Below are positions 1 to 7,768 of a stretch of DNA of 64,000 nt, piece after piece. The notes under the pieces were generated by a model. That model was not told the origin of the DNA and ran no database searches. It saw only the letters and a list, made by a program, of their open reading frames with translations. A program made the translations under genes and the position numbers. How positions within the stretch are numbered: the stretch's first letter is position 1; each line of letters begins with the position of its first letter. The DNA lies in assembly GCA_910579505.1 (NCBI GenBank), contig CAJTTZ010000011.1, positions 5,482 to 69,481 on the forward strand. The letters run 5' to 3'. The stretch comes from an uncultured Lachnospiraceae bacterium (GTDB lineage: Bacteria; Bacillota; Clostridia; Lachnospirales; Lachnospiraceae).

Positions 1-669
1 TCGGTCTTTCATATAGAATGTGGGCGTTGGGATTTGCTCATTTTTCAGATATACGGCGATCTGGTTTCGGTTCTTCCCGTTCAGAAACAGGCGGAAAATC
101 AAGCGGACAACTTTGGCTGCTTCTTCATCAATTATCCAAAAATCTTTGTTGTCGGGGTCTTTGACATATCCGTAGGGGGCTTCGGTTGCGATTGGCTTGC
201 CGCTCGTCCCCTTTGTGCGGATACCCGTTTTTACTTTCTTGCTGATGTCGCGGGCGTACCACTCTGACATGATATTGATAAAGGGGGCAAACTCCAACGT
301 GTCGGGCTTTTCGCTGTCTATCCCGTTGTTTACCGCGATAAAGCGCACGTTGTTTCTGCGGAAAATCTCCATAGCGTTTCCCACTTGGAGATAGTCGCGC
401 CCCCAGCGGGTCATGTCTTTCATAATGCACACGCCGATTTTGCCGTTTTCCACGTCCTCAATCATGCGGGAGTAGGCAGAACGGTCAAAAAATCTGCCGC
501 TTTCGTCATCGTCAATGTAGTGCCGGATATTGGTTAATTTTAGCTGTCTGGCATAGCTTTCCAGAAATTTCTTCTGGTTCTGTATGGAGTTGCTTTCGCC
601 GCCGTCCCTGTCCTCGTCCCCCACGGATAGGCGGGAGTAAAGGGCTGTGATTTTGCTGTAATCATTCAT
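1..669 (-). CDS. large serine recombinase, N-terminal 223 codons (gene continues beyond window start)
   Basis: Absent from the ORF track because it runs off the window. The reverse complement of 1-669 is one open frame from ATG at 669-667 with AGGAGGG 8 nt upstream. It reads MNDYSKITALYSRLSVGDEDRDGGESNSIQNQKKFLESYA...CIMKDMTRWGRDYLQVGN...FIAVNNGIDS...APYGYVKDP. The resolvase-type catalytic Ser context (YSRLS) is typical of ICE/transposon large serine recombinases. Confidence 0.85.
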   Translation of the reverse strand, partial: MNDYSKITALYSRLSVGDEDRDGGESNSIQNQKKFLESYARQLKLTNIRHYIDDDESGRFFDRSAYSRMIEDVENGKIGVCIMKDMTRWGRDYLQVGNAMEIFRRNNVRFIAVNNGIDSEKPDTLEFAPFINIMSEWYARDISKKVKTGIRTKGTSGKPIATEAPYGYVKDPDNKDFWIIDEEAAKVVRLIFRLFLNGKNRNQIAVYLKNEQIPTPTFYMKDR

Positions 670-714
670 GTGCATACCCTCCTGCGTCAATATAGGTGTT
701 GCTTACAGTTAAGA

Positions 715-1020
715 TTATGCACCCCACCTTGCAGAGCCGTACTCAACGCCCTTGCGGTACTTCTTGGCGTTCTTGCCTTTCATGTAGACGGCGATCCGCA
801 GGATAACCGCCCCGGCAACGCCTATCATAAAATCCTGTCCGTTAAGGCTTGGCAGGGGGCTTTCAAAGGCGGCGGTCACGCCCTCCATGATGTGTAAGAG
901 CTTCCCGGAGAGGTCAGCCCCCGGAGAGAGCCGGAACGCTTCGCCTGCTTTCATAAAGAGCCATACAAAGAGCAGGTACGGCGCATTGAGGATAAGCAGC
1001 TTTTTGATGTTTGGTTTCAT
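715..1020 (-). pseudogene. N-terminal 101-codon fragment of a VirD4/TraG-type conjugative coupling protein
   Basis: MKPNIKKLLILNAPYLLFVW...KNAKKYRKGVEYGSARWGA* has two N-terminal TM segments and ends right after the conserved GSARWG motif. Intact homologs run to about 600 aa. The stop lies only 46 nt from the recombinase start. Confidence 0.7.
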
Positions 1021-1493
1021 CTTTCCCGCCCCCTGTCCTTGTTTTTCTCTTTCTGCCTGCTTTGGTTCATCTGCTTTGCCTTTTCCCGGAAAGCGGCTAA
1101 CATTTTGCGTATGGACGGCTTTTTCTCTTTGCTTAACTGCTTGGCGGCAAACTCCTTAAATGCTTCCGTCATAACGTCCACGTCCCGCCCCTTGAAAAAG
1201 ACAAGATACCGGGGCGGTTCTTCGCCCTTCACTTTCTTTAGGCTGTAATCAAGCCCGTATTTCTTGGCAATGGGTTCAAATGCCTTTATGTTAGCGTCTG
1301 TAATTTCCATACTGGAAACGCCCGTGTTCTGCTTCATAAGGTGCTTTAGGGTCTGCTTGCCCTTGTATATCTTTGGTGCTTTGTTCTTCTTAGCGGATAA
1401 CATTTTTCTGATTGCCTTTTGTAAGACTTCGGCGGTCAGCTTCGCCGTCTTGATTGACAATGCAACGGTCTTTTCGTTGATCTGTTCCTGCAT
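1017..1493 (-). CDS. PcfB-like (DUF3801) conjugation-associated protein
   Basis: 158 aa. The opening MQEQINEKTVALSIKTAKLTAEVLQKA..., the basic C-terminus and the position directly upstream of the coupling protein are typical of ICEs. Confidence 0.7.
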   Translation of the reverse strand: MQEQINEKTVALSIKTAKLTAEVLQKAIRKMLSAKKNKAPKIYKGKQTLKHLMKQNTGVSSMEITDANIKAFEPIAKKYGLDYSLKKVKGEEPPRYLVFFKGRDVDVMTEAFKEFAAKQLSKEKKPSIRKMLAAFREKAKQMNQSRQKEKNKDRGRER

Positions 1494-1540
1494 GGGCTGT
1501 CATTCCTCCTTTCTTGGGGTAGTGCAGGGCAGCCGCCCGG

Positions 1541-1768
1541 TTATCTGTTATGTACCCGCACCCGCAAGCCGTCCAGTACGTCCGTCTTGATACCCACAAG
1601 ATACCATTCCTGCCCGGTACTCATTTCAATGCGTGTCGGCTTCCATTTCCCGCCTGCGAATACGTCAAAACATTCGCCGCAATGCAAGCCGCCCTTGTAG
1701 TCGTCCAGTCCAAAGCGAATGTCATAACGTCCGCTTTCTTTGTCATAAATCAAAGCTCCCTGTTTCAT
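1541..1768 (-). CDS. DUF5348-like small ICE protein
   Basis: 75 aa with GGLHCGECFDVF...WYLVG...GLRVRV. It overlaps the stop of the upstream gene by 4 nt. Confidence 0.6.
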   Translation of the reverse strand: MKQGALIYDKESGRYDIRFGLDDYKGGLHCGECFDVFAGGKWKPTRIEMSTGQEWYLVGIKTDVLDGLRVRVHNR

Positions 1769-2715
1769 AAGCTGTCGTCCTCCTGTTCCTGCGATAAAAA
1801 TACGCCCTGTGCCATATCGTGAGCGACAAGGGCGGTATAATAGCTGTCAATGGTGTTTGGTGCGTTAAAAAGAACCGCAAGCAGATACTTCTTGATGTTG
1901 CGTATCTTGGTGGTGTTTTGGTGCATACAGTCAATCACAAACTGGATATGGCTGCTGTTTATTTTCATAAACTTAGACTTCACAAGCTCTGCGGGGTAGT
2001 CGTCCCCGGCAATGCGTATCACTTTGCGGCGGGTGCAGACGGTTTCAAGCATGAGCGAAACAATCTCGTCAAGCATACCTTTGTCAATGCGGCTGTCCTG
2101 TATCAGATAGCGGTATTCGATATTGTCCTTTATGACTTCCTCATAAGCCCGTACTGCGTCCATGTTGGTCTGTCCGTTTCCTTTCCGTTCCTGCGGCGTA
2201 GCCGTTCCCTCTGTTAAGGGAGTGGAAAGGATAGGAATGGAATGGGTATTTAATAAATCCGTATTTGATAATTCTGTATTTAATAGTTCTTTATTTAATT
2301 GCGTTGGATTTTCCTGCATAGGGTTTTCCAATGTTGGATTTTCCGATATAGGCTTATCCAGTGTTGGATTTTCCAATGTAGGCTTGGGCGGCACTGGAAA
2401 TTCATGTATCACATAATCAGCCGCCCCCAACTGTCCTTTTTCGTTCCGTACCCTTGTGCGGGTCACATATCCCGCCCGTTCCAGTTCCCGTATGGCTTCC
2501 CGGATAGCGTCTATGCCCTCACGGTTGATTTGGGAAAGTCCCTTTAGGGTGTAGTCCCATTCTTCGGGCAGGGAAAGCATTTGTGAAAGCAGCCCCTTTG
2601 ATTTTAGGGATAAGTCAGTATTGCGTAGGTGGTGGTTTGACATAACGGTGTAGTCCCTGCTTTTTTCCACTCGGAATACTGCCACGTTATCAGCTCCTTT
2701 CATTTGCCCGGACAA
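1765..2715 (-). CDS. ICE replication-initiator-like winged-helix protein (RepA_N/DnaD-like N-terminus) with central peptide repeats
   Basis: 316 aa. The N-terminus reads FRVEKSRDYTVMSNHHLRNTDLSLKSKGLLSQMLSLPEEWDYTLKGLSQINREGIDAIREAIRELERAGYV. The central region carries ENPT/LLNT repeats. Confidence 0.7.
   Translation of the reverse strand: MSGQMKGADNVAVFRVEKSRDYTVMSNHHLRNTDLSLKSKGLLSQMLSLPEEWDYTLKGLSQINREGIDAIREAIRELERAGYVTRTRVRNEKGQLGAADYVIHEFPVPPKPTLENPTLDKPISENPTLENPMQENPTQLNKELLNTELSNTDLLNTHSIPILSTPLTEGTATPQERKGNGQTNMDAVRAYEEVIKDNIEYRYLIQDSRIDKGMLDEIVSLMLETVCTRRKVIRIAGDDYPAELVKSKFMKINSSHIQFVIDCMHQNTTKIRNIKKYLLAVLFNAPNTIDSYYTALVAHDMAQGVFLSQEQEDDSL
2246..2390. repeat. tandem repeats inside the initiator-like gene: 4 x 15 bp (2246-2305) then 3 x 30 bp (2301-2390)
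   Basis: The 15-bp units are gtatttaataaatcc / gtatttgataattct / gtatttaatagttct / ttatttaattgcgtt. A perfect 12-mer gttggattttcc occurs at 2303-2314, 2333-2344 and 2363-2374, an exact 30-bp period. Confidence 0.9.
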
Positions 2716-2834
2716 TGAAAAACGCCCGTTCCTGTGTGGAATGGACGTTTACCATGTGATTATAGGGCTTTAAGTTTAGTTTTCGTGTTTCAAAAAAGTC
2801 TTGATTTATGCGGTGTTGCGGTGGTTGTCTATAA

Positions 2835-3644
2835 ATACTTGCCCCGAACGGCGCGGGCAAGACGACGGTTATGAAAATGATTATGAATCTCTGGAAACCG
2901 ACCATGGGTTCCATCGAACTCTTCGGAAAGCCGCTTACGCCAAAGTCGTACGAGGTGTTGCGGCGGGTAGGCAGTATCATCGAATTTCCCACATTTTACG
3001 AGCATATGACAGGCTATGAAAATCTGCGGATACACTGTGAGTACATGGGCTTTTATCAGCACGGCAGCGTGGATAAAGCTTTGGAAATGCTTGATCTGGC
3101 GGAAGCGGCAAAGACGCCCGTCAGGAATTATTCCCTTGGTATGAAGGAGCGCCTGGGAATCGCAAGGGCAATATTATGCAAACCAGAACTGCTGATTCTC
3201 GACGAGCCGACCAACGGGCTTGACCCGGCAGGCATGAAACAGATACGCGAACTTTTGCGGATGCTCAGTGCAGAGCAGGGAACGACGATTGTGGTGTCTT
3301 CCCACATCCTCCCGGAGATCGAGAGCATTGCGGATACCATCGGTATCATTCACCGGGGCAGGGTGAAAAAGGAAATCGGCCTGAAAGAAATTGAGGAGAT
3401 GAGCCTTGCCTACATTGAACTGACGGTGGAGAACCCGGAGAGGGCGGCTTATGTGCTTGCCGATAAGCTGGGACTTGCCAATTTTAAGGTGATCGACGAC
3501 GGATTCATTCGTATTTATGACGAAGGTGTCACAACTGAGGAGATTGTGAAAGCGTTTGCCTCAAATGAGGTGGCTGTTACTTCGCTTGGGAGAAAGGCGG
3601 AGACGCTGGAAGACTATTTCCTGAAACTGACTGCAGGGCGATAG
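2835..3644 (+). pseudogene. ABC transporter ATP-binding protein (ABC-2 / bacitracin-lantibiotic-protection type), 5'-truncated
   Basis: The Walker A motif (APNGAGKTT, 2841-2867) lies upstream of the first ATG (2871) and only 2 codons after an in-frame TAA (2832-2834). The roughly 30-40 N-terminal codons expected before Walker A are missing. The rest is intact (LSGGMK-like YSLGMKERL, Walker B LLILDEPTNGLD, H-loop SSHIL). Confidence 0.75.
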
Positions 3645-3661
3645 AAAGGAAGGAGGAAACG

Positions 3662-4351
3662 ATGTTAAAACTTATCAGATTAGAGTGGAAGAAAAATAAT
3701 ATCTTAAAATATATTCGGAATGCGGCGATTACGACGGCGGTACTTCTCGCATTCCTGCTGATGGCGGCTGGGGAGCTGGAGACGGTGGAGACAGTGCAGG
3801 CATACGGGAAAAGTATGCTGGGCGCTTCCGTGGGAATGTTTGTCCATGTAGCGTACATTATTTTTACGGGGGTGATGATCGCGGCGTTTATCGTGGGCGC
3901 CTATGAGAAAAAGACGATCCACCTGATGTTTTCTTATCCGATCAAACGCAGCAAGATTATTTTTTCAAAAATCGGCGCGGTGTGGCTGTTTAACTTTGCG
4001 GCGATGGTGGTCAGCAAGGCTGTGATTTATCTTGTGCTGACTGCGGCAAAGTCCTTCGTGGGCATATCCGCCGCAGGTCTTTCGGTCGGGGAATCTTCGT
4101 TCTGGCTGGAAGCAGTTCTCTCCTCGGCGGCTATGACCAGCATCAGCTTTATTGCGCTGCCTGTAGGTCTTAAAATGAAGTCGTCCAAGGCGGCGATTGT
4201 GGCGTCAGTTGTCATCGTCTGCTTTACGCAGGGCGGGATCGGCCAGGCGACTCTGGCAAATAATATGGGGTTTTATGCGGTTTTGTGTGTGGTGGCAGTC
4301 GTGTCCGTCTGGCTGTCGGTCTGGCGGGTGGAGACGAGGGACGTGATGTGA
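3662..4351 (+). CDS. ABC-2 type transporter permease
   Basis: 229 aa with about 6 hydrophobic segments. There is a strong RBS (aaggaggaaacgATG), and the gene starts 17 nt after the ATPase stop. Confidence 0.75.
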   Translation: MLKLIRLEWKKNNILKYIRNAAITTAVLLAFLLMAAGELETVETVQAYGKSMLGASVGMFVHVAYIIFTGVMIAAFIVGAYEKKTIHLMFSYPIKRSKIIFSKIGAVWLFNFAAMVVSKAVIYLVLTAAKSFVGISAAGLSVGESSFWLEAVLSSAAMTSISFIALPVGLKMKSSKAAIVASVVIVCFTQGGIGQATLANNMGFYAVLCVVAVVSVWLSVWRVETRDVM

Positions 4352-4430
4352 GACAGGTCCTGGCGCTTCGGGACCCAAAAAGGAGGGGGCGGAGGCGGTT
4401 TCCTTTTTTTACAAAATGCGATATAATAGA

Positions 4431-4476
4431 CGCAAGCTCAGCAGCTTGCGTCGCAAGAATTACTACGTAATTCTTG
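4431..4476. repeat. two adjacent perfect hairpins (intergenic repeat family member)
   Basis: The hairpins are cgcaagct-cagc-agcttgcg (4431-4450) and caagaattac-tac-gtaattcttg (4454-4476). The ctcagcag core recurs at 19073 and 20291. Confidence 0.8.
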
Positions 4477-4487
4477 TTGTCATCGCC

Positions 4488-4729
4488 ATGGTTTACTGCT
4501 TCTGGGATTATGATATTATAGCCGCAGAGGAAAAGGAAGCGGCGTACACGAGGTTGCGGTAGAACTGACAGGAGTGTCAAAAAATAGAGACGGGAAAGTG
4601 TCCTGTCTTGCTCTCAGTGATTTCTTTGAGCAGATGGCGGATGATTATGGGATGAAATTGGATCGGGCAAGGGCAAAATACAATTATCGGGACAGGAAAG
4701 AAACCTTCCGGGTTTGCGCGGGCTTGTGA
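4488..4729 (+). pseudogene. decayed 3' fragment of a paralog of the 404-aa gene at 6533-7747
   Basis: The frame-2 segment 4535-4729 reads GSGVHEVAVELTGVSKNRDGKVSCLALSDFFEQMADDYGMKLDRARAKYNYRDRKETFRVCAGL*. It aligns colinearly with KSGVHEVEIDLPGLSKKENGKTDCADISAYFEKRADEYGMKFAQARKKYDYALTKQIYWECAGL of the downstream gene, with about 32/64 identical by hand. An in-frame stop sits at 4511, and a possible frameshifted extension (MVYCFWDYDII) reaches back to about 4488. Confidence 0.7.
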
Positions 4730-4748
4730 GGAAAGGTGTGACGTTGAA

Positions 4749-6536
4749 ATGGAAAGTTATAATTTTAAGGTGGATTTAAAGGGAATCATCAGACTTCTCA
4801 GCGACAATCTGTACTCCAGCGACCATGTGTTTCTGCGGGAGCTTCTGCAGAACGCGGTGGACGCCATCGCAGCCAGAAAAAAGTCAGATGCGGAATTTAA
4901 GGAGAGCAGGATTACGGTGACATACCGCCGGAATAAAAGCGGGGCGCAGCTTACGTTTGCGGATAACGGCATCGGGCTCAACCAGGAGGAGATTCATACG
5001 TTTCTTTCTGTGATCGGACAATCCTCAAAGCGCAGCGACACGGTGCGGAACAGCTTTATCGGACAGTTTGGAATCGGTCTGCTGTCCTGCTTTCTTGTGA
5101 CGAATGAGATTAAAGTAATCACCCGCTCCGCTGCGGAGGAGAAGGGATATCAGTGGGTTGGAAAAAGCGACGGCTCTTATGTGGTCACGGAAGTGAAAAA
5201 GAAGGTGGAAGCGGGGACGCAGATCCATATCAAACTGACGGGAAGCAAGGCGGATACTTTTTCCGAGAGGGAGATCGTCAATGATCTTTCGGAATATGGA
5301 TTTCTGATCACGACCCCGGTTTATTTTGACGGCGAAGAGCAGAAAAAGATAGTCAACAGCAATTTTATTCCATGGCGGCAGCCGTTTTCCATGGCTGACG
5401 ATATTATGAATTTCGGGGAAGAGATTTTTGGGGAAACCTTTTTTGATGTAGTGCCCCTGATCGGGGATGACATCAGGGGGTACGCCTATATTTCCACGCG
5501 GCAGACGAATGCAGGCACAACGGTCAGGCACAAGATTTTTCTGAAAAATATGTTTGTGACGGAGGACGGAAAGGATCTGATTCCAAGGTGGGCGTTTTTT
5601 ACAAAATGTATCGTCAATCTGGAGAATGTGACACCCACCGCGTCCAGAGAAGGGTTTACAAAAGACGGTAAGCTGATGAGGGCGAGAAGTCAGATCGAAA
5701 AGTGTATTTTTGATTATTTCATTTCCCTGTCCCAGGTAGACGTCAGAAAATTGAAACAGATTACCAGAATTCATAACGTGGCTATAAAATCGCTGGTAGT
5801 GGAAAACGAGCAGATTTTCAAACTCTTTTTCCCGTTTTTGACGTTTCCGACCAATCAGGGGGAGCTGACGGGCTTCCAGATCGTGGACGCATCGAAAAAG
5901 GTTCCCGTTCATTATTGCGCGGATGTGGATGATTTCAGAAGGATATGTCCGCTGTTGGAGGGGACGGGCAGTCTGCTCGTAAACGGCGGCTACATCTATG
6001 ACACCAGTATTTTACAAAAGCTTCCCCAATATTATAAAAATGTCAAAGTGGCGGCGTTTGAGGACCGTTCTTACGATAAGCTGCTGGCGGAGCCTTCCGG
6101 GGAAACCAGGAGAGAACTGGAAACTTTCCTGATTTATGCGGAAAATGCGCTGCGGCCTTATCACTGCAGTGTCTCCTTAAAAAGCTTTTCCCCCGGCGCA
6201 TTGCAGGCGCTGTATATCCCCGGGGAAGATTCCTTTTTTGCAGAGACAATGGACGAAAGCACCCTGTCAGGGTTTTTTGAAGGCTTTGATTTTGGGGAAA
6301 CGCAGGAAACAGACGGCGGCAACCGGCTTTATTTAAACGGCAATAACAGCTTCATCAGAGGCCTTGGGCGGATTCAGAATGAGGAGGCTGCCGGAACGAT
6401 TGCGCAGGTAATATACATACAGGCGCTGCTTGCCGGGCGCTATACACTGGACGCAAAGAAAATGGAGCTGATGAACAAAAGCTTACAGAAACTTATGGAA
6501 TATGCTATTATGGGCGGCAGTGATGGGGGAGAGTGA
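4749..6536 (+). CDS. HSP90-family (HtpG-paralog) GHKL ATPase
   Basis: 595 aa. The Bergerat-fold motifs appear in HSP90 order: E31-LLQN-AVDA (4839-4865), D72-NGIGL (4962-), G105-QFGIGLLS (5061-). The RBS is aggaaagg. Confidence 0.85.
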   Translation: MESYNFKVDLKGIIRLLSDNLYSSDHVFLRELLQNAVDAIAARKKSDAEFKESRITVTYRRNKSGAQLTFADNGIGLNQEEIHTFLSVIGQSSKRSDTVRNSFIGQFGIGLLSCFLVTNEIKVITRSAAEEKGYQWVGKSDGSYVVTEVKKKVEAGTQIHIKLTGSKADTFSEREIVNDLSEYGFLITTPVYFDGEEQKKIVNSNFIPWRQPFSMADDIMNFGEEIFGETFFDVVPLIGDDIRGYAYISTRQTNAGTTVRHKIFLKNMFVTEDGKDLIPRWAFFTKCIVNLENVTPTASREGFTKDGKLMRARSQIEKCIFDYFISLSQVDVRKLKQITRIHNVAIKSLVVENEQIFKLFFPFLTFPTNQGELTGFQIVDASKKVPVHYCADVDDFRRICPLLEGTGSLLVNGGYIYDTSILQKLPQYYKNVKVAAFEDRSYDKLLAEPSGETRRELETFLIYAENALRPYHCSVSLKSFSPGALQALYIPGEDSFFAETMDESTLSGFFEGFDFGETQETDGGNRLYLNGNNSFIRGLGRIQNEEAAGTIAQVIYIQALLAGRYTLDAKKMELMNKSLQKLMEYAIMGGSDGGE

Positions 6537-7747
6537 TTGCTATGATGTTTGAGCCGGGTATAGTTGACGGAACCAGAAACAGTGAGCTGGCGGACGCAGT
6601 CAGAAGTGCACAGAAACTGACGGACGGAGCGTATGAATTATATAATCGGAATGAAGAGACGCTTATGATGCTGCTTCAGAAAATTCTGCGGCTGTCCAAG
6701 GAAGAAAAGGAGTGGCACATCTATTTTTATGCTTTGTATGAACTCATGTACGAGGCCGTGCGGTGCGGAAATTATCCGGCGGTGATCAAATATGCGGAAG
6801 TGTACTACAAAGACAGCGATTTGTATATGGATAGGGAACTGCCCAATTATCCGCGGACAAACATGGCTTACATGAATACATGGACGTATGAGCAGATTTT
6901 TTCCGCCTATTATCAGTATCATCAGATCAATGACGCCAAAATGGACGTTTTTATGAAAAGGTTTGAGGAGGCCGCGCTAAAATACGGCAGGACGGCCGGC
7001 TATTATGAAAGTGAGATGGATCTTGGCATTTTATACCGGGACCCGGAGCTGTTGGAAAAGGGCAAAAAAAATTTTGAAAAGTATGAGTATGAGATAAAAG
7101 GCTGCTATGTATGTCAACACAAACCGCTTTTCGGATATTATCTGTATAACGGGCAGAGGGAGACTGCGGTAGAATTTTTTGAAACGATTGTGCAAAAGAG
7201 GATTCCGAAGCAGCATCAGTGGTGCTACCAGTATTGCGAAGCGGCGGAAGCGGATGATATGTGCGCCTTTCTGCTGCAGACAGCCCTGAGGCTTTGCAGG
7301 ACGGAAGAATTTCGATACTTTTATGAGAAATACTGGCTGAAGCTGGCGGAAAAAAAGCGGGAAGGGGAATTTAAAACAGTTTACATTTTCGCGGATGCCA
7401 TAGCGGAAAAATGGGAGCAGATGAGTGAGGATTTACATGAGGCCGAGAAGGATGTGGCGGAAAGTGTAAAAAATACGACGGTAGATAATATAGAGTTAGG
7501 CCTCATGTGGTGGTGTTATTTTGCACTCTTAGATAAGAGCGGCGTGCATGAGGTGGAGATTGATCTGCCGGGGCTTTCAAAAAAAGAAAACGGGAAAACA
7601 GACTGCGCGGATATCAGTGCGTATTTTGAAAAGAGAGCGGATGAATACGGTATGAAATTTGCGCAGGCAAGGAAAAAGTATGATTATGCGCTGACGAAAC
7701 AAATATATTGGGAATGTGCCGGATTATACGGGAAACTTGATTCATAG
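6533..7747 (+). CDS. uncharacterised 404-aa helical protein, translationally coupled to the HSP90 paralog
   Basis: The GTG at 6533 overlaps the upstream TGA (6534-6536); alternative ATGs lie at 6542 and 6545. The protein is rich in Y/W/C/E/K with helical-repeat-like composition, and I recognise no catalytic motif. Confidence 0.7.
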   Translation: MIAMMFEPGIVDGTRNSELADAVRSAQKLTDGAYELYNRNEETLMMLLQKILRLSKEEKEWHIYFYALYELMYEAVRCGNYPAVIKYAEVYYKDSDLYMDRELPNYPRTNMAYMNTWTYEQIFSAYYQYHQINDAKMDVFMKRFEEAALKYGRTAGYYESEMDLGILYRDPELLEKGKKNFEKYEYEIKGCYVCQHKPLFGYYLYNGQRETAVEFFETIVQKRIPKQHQWCYQYCEAAEADDMCAFLLQTALRLCRTEEFRYFYEKYWLKLAEKKREGEFKTVYIFADAIAEKWEQMSEDLHEAEKDVAESVKNTTVDNIELGLMWWCYFALLDKSGVHEVEIDLPGLSKKENGKTDCADISAYFEKRADEYGMKFAQARKKYDYALTKQIYWECAGLYGKLDS

Positions 7748-7768
7748 AAGGAAAAAGAGAGGTCTGAC

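Larger units (their letters stand above)
1..2834 (-). mobile_element. terminal ~2.8 kb of an integrative conjugative element (Tn1549/CTn-like module), extending left out of the window
   Basis: A co-oriented minus-strand gene set with ATGA overlaps (1017-1020, 1765-1768): initiator-like wHTH, DUF5348-like, PcfB-like, coupling-protein fragment, serine recombinase. The right boundary is inferred where the host ABC ATPase reading frame breaks (in-frame TAA at 2832-2834). Confidence 0.75.

Noticed and set aside
2871-3644. Treating ATG 2871 as the genuine start of an intact ABC ATPase
   Set aside because: The Walker A loop (2841-2867) lies upstream of that ATG and is cut off by an in-frame TAA at 2832. 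A protein started at 2871 would lack the P-loop.
4356-4410. Rho-independent terminator after the ABC-2 permease
   Set aside because: Only weak, A/U-rich or short stems (ggtcc...ggacc, aaaaagga...tccttttt) could be drawn. This is not convincing enough to list as a feature.
4224-4580. 118-aa minus-strand ORF spanning the permease end and the intergenic repeats
   Set aside because: It overlaps the permease 3' end antisense and reads through hairpin repeats. It is R/P-rich with no RBS.
5025-5912. 295-aa minus-strand ORF inside the HSP90-like gene
   Set aside because: It is antisense to a gene with ordered GHKL motifs, and no independent support exists. The same reasoning applies to 9614-10390, 12506-13159, 28643-29401, 36829-37707 and 44846-45676.
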